In this document: in pieces, positions 30,206-30,644 of the stretch
Position numbering within the stretch: position 1 is the first letter of the stretch
Layout of the letters: the number at the start of each line of letters is the position of its first letter
Program-made: the position numbers and the translations under genes
DNA from: a virus
Lineage: Duplodnaviria; Caudoviricetes
IMG/VR virus record: IMGVR_UViG_3300044733_003453
Location: 1 to 30,644 of that record
Strand: one strand, 5' to 3'
DNA: 30,644 nucleotides
Notes under the pieces: generated by a model
Seen by the model: the letters and a program-made list of their open reading frames with translations, nothing else
The model's database searches: none
What the model was told of the DNA's origin: nothing

Positions 30206-30644
30206 GTGCCTCAACTTCCGTTCGTTGTCGCGCCCAAGCGCGAGACGCGCACCATTTCAGCCACCGTCAACGGTGAAGTCTGCTCCCTTGAGTTCCCCGT
30301 CTTCGGCTCGCTGCTGGCTGGTGAAGAGATCGCCATCCGTGAGCATGAATACCAAGCCGTGGTCACCCGCGAATCATCACGCCTTGCCGATGCCCTGCTG
30401 ACCAGCGGTCACAGCGAGATCGAAGCCCAGCGCCTGGCCATCCGCATCCTCTCCACCCGGCTGGGAATCCCCGTACCCTTGGAGCCTTCAGAGCAGCGCC
30501 TGATGCTTGCGCACAGCGACCTGATCGCTGAGATGACCATCACCCTCGGCAAGGCACACCGCCAGCAGGTCTTGCGCACCGTTACCGCTGCCATCGCCCA
30601 CCGGCTGCCCGGTTGCAAAGCCTGGACCGAAGCTGATTCATCCG
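30206..30644 (+). CDS. hypothetical protein, possibly tail assembly chaperone (3'-truncated)
   Basis: Read by hand: MPQLPFVVAPKRETRTI...LEFPVFGSLLAGEE...; frame open to the window end. Confidence 0.6.
   Translation, partial: MPQLPFVVAPKRETRTISATVNGEVCSLEFPVFGSLLAGEEIAIREHEYQAVVTRESSRLADALLTSGHSEIEAQRLAIRILSTRLGIPVPLEPSEQRLMLAHSDLIAEMTITLGKAHRQQVLRTVTAAIAHRLPGCKAWTEADSS

Noticed and set aside
1-30644. Integrase, transposase, reverse transcriptase (DGR/retron), photosynthesis genes, introns/inteins
   Set aside because: No diagnostic motifs in any ORF; thyX, terL, helicase and primase appear uninterrupted. Lifestyle cannot be settled from this window
30206-30644. Programmed frameshift site of a tail assembly chaperone
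   Set aside because: Gene is truncated by the window and no clear slippery heptamer is visible

Overview
A 30.6-kb fragment of a GC-rich tailed dsDNA phage (or prophage), most likely a siphovirus-type cyanophage of a Synechococcus/Cyanobium-like host. The host call is inferred from a cyanobacterial-type ThyX, a cyAbrB-family regulator and a SigF/SigB-like sigma factor. Modules seen: recombination (RecT-like annealase, SSB, VRR-NUC); lysis (two membrane proteins and a GH24 lysozyme fused to a YkuD L,D-transpeptidase-like domain); HNH and thyX; replication (SF2 helicase, tandem-RHH regulator, HNH, Prim-Pol/VirE primase-helicase followed by an iteron-rich origin candidate); a metallophosphoesterase; terminase small and large subunits; about 7 kb of small accessory genes with a phage sigma factor; then portal, minor head protein, cyAbrB, more small genes and neck/tail-completion genes. 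No major capsid, integrase, CRISPR array or reverse transcriptase is visible. The strongest unexplained signal is a two-tier regulatory code. (1) A 20-bp palindrome TTGCRGTTG-NN-CAACNGCAA occurs at about 8 intergenic sites, and its arms double as sigma70 -35 boxes. (2) A motif nnGG(A/C)AA(A/C/G)CT sits mostly 30-37 bp upstream of lysis and structural genes and is a candidate promoter for the phage sigma factor. There are also several structured non-coding RNA candidates, a degenerate tRNA-like element and an inverted DnaA-box pair. All protein calls come from motif recognition by eye, with no database search.
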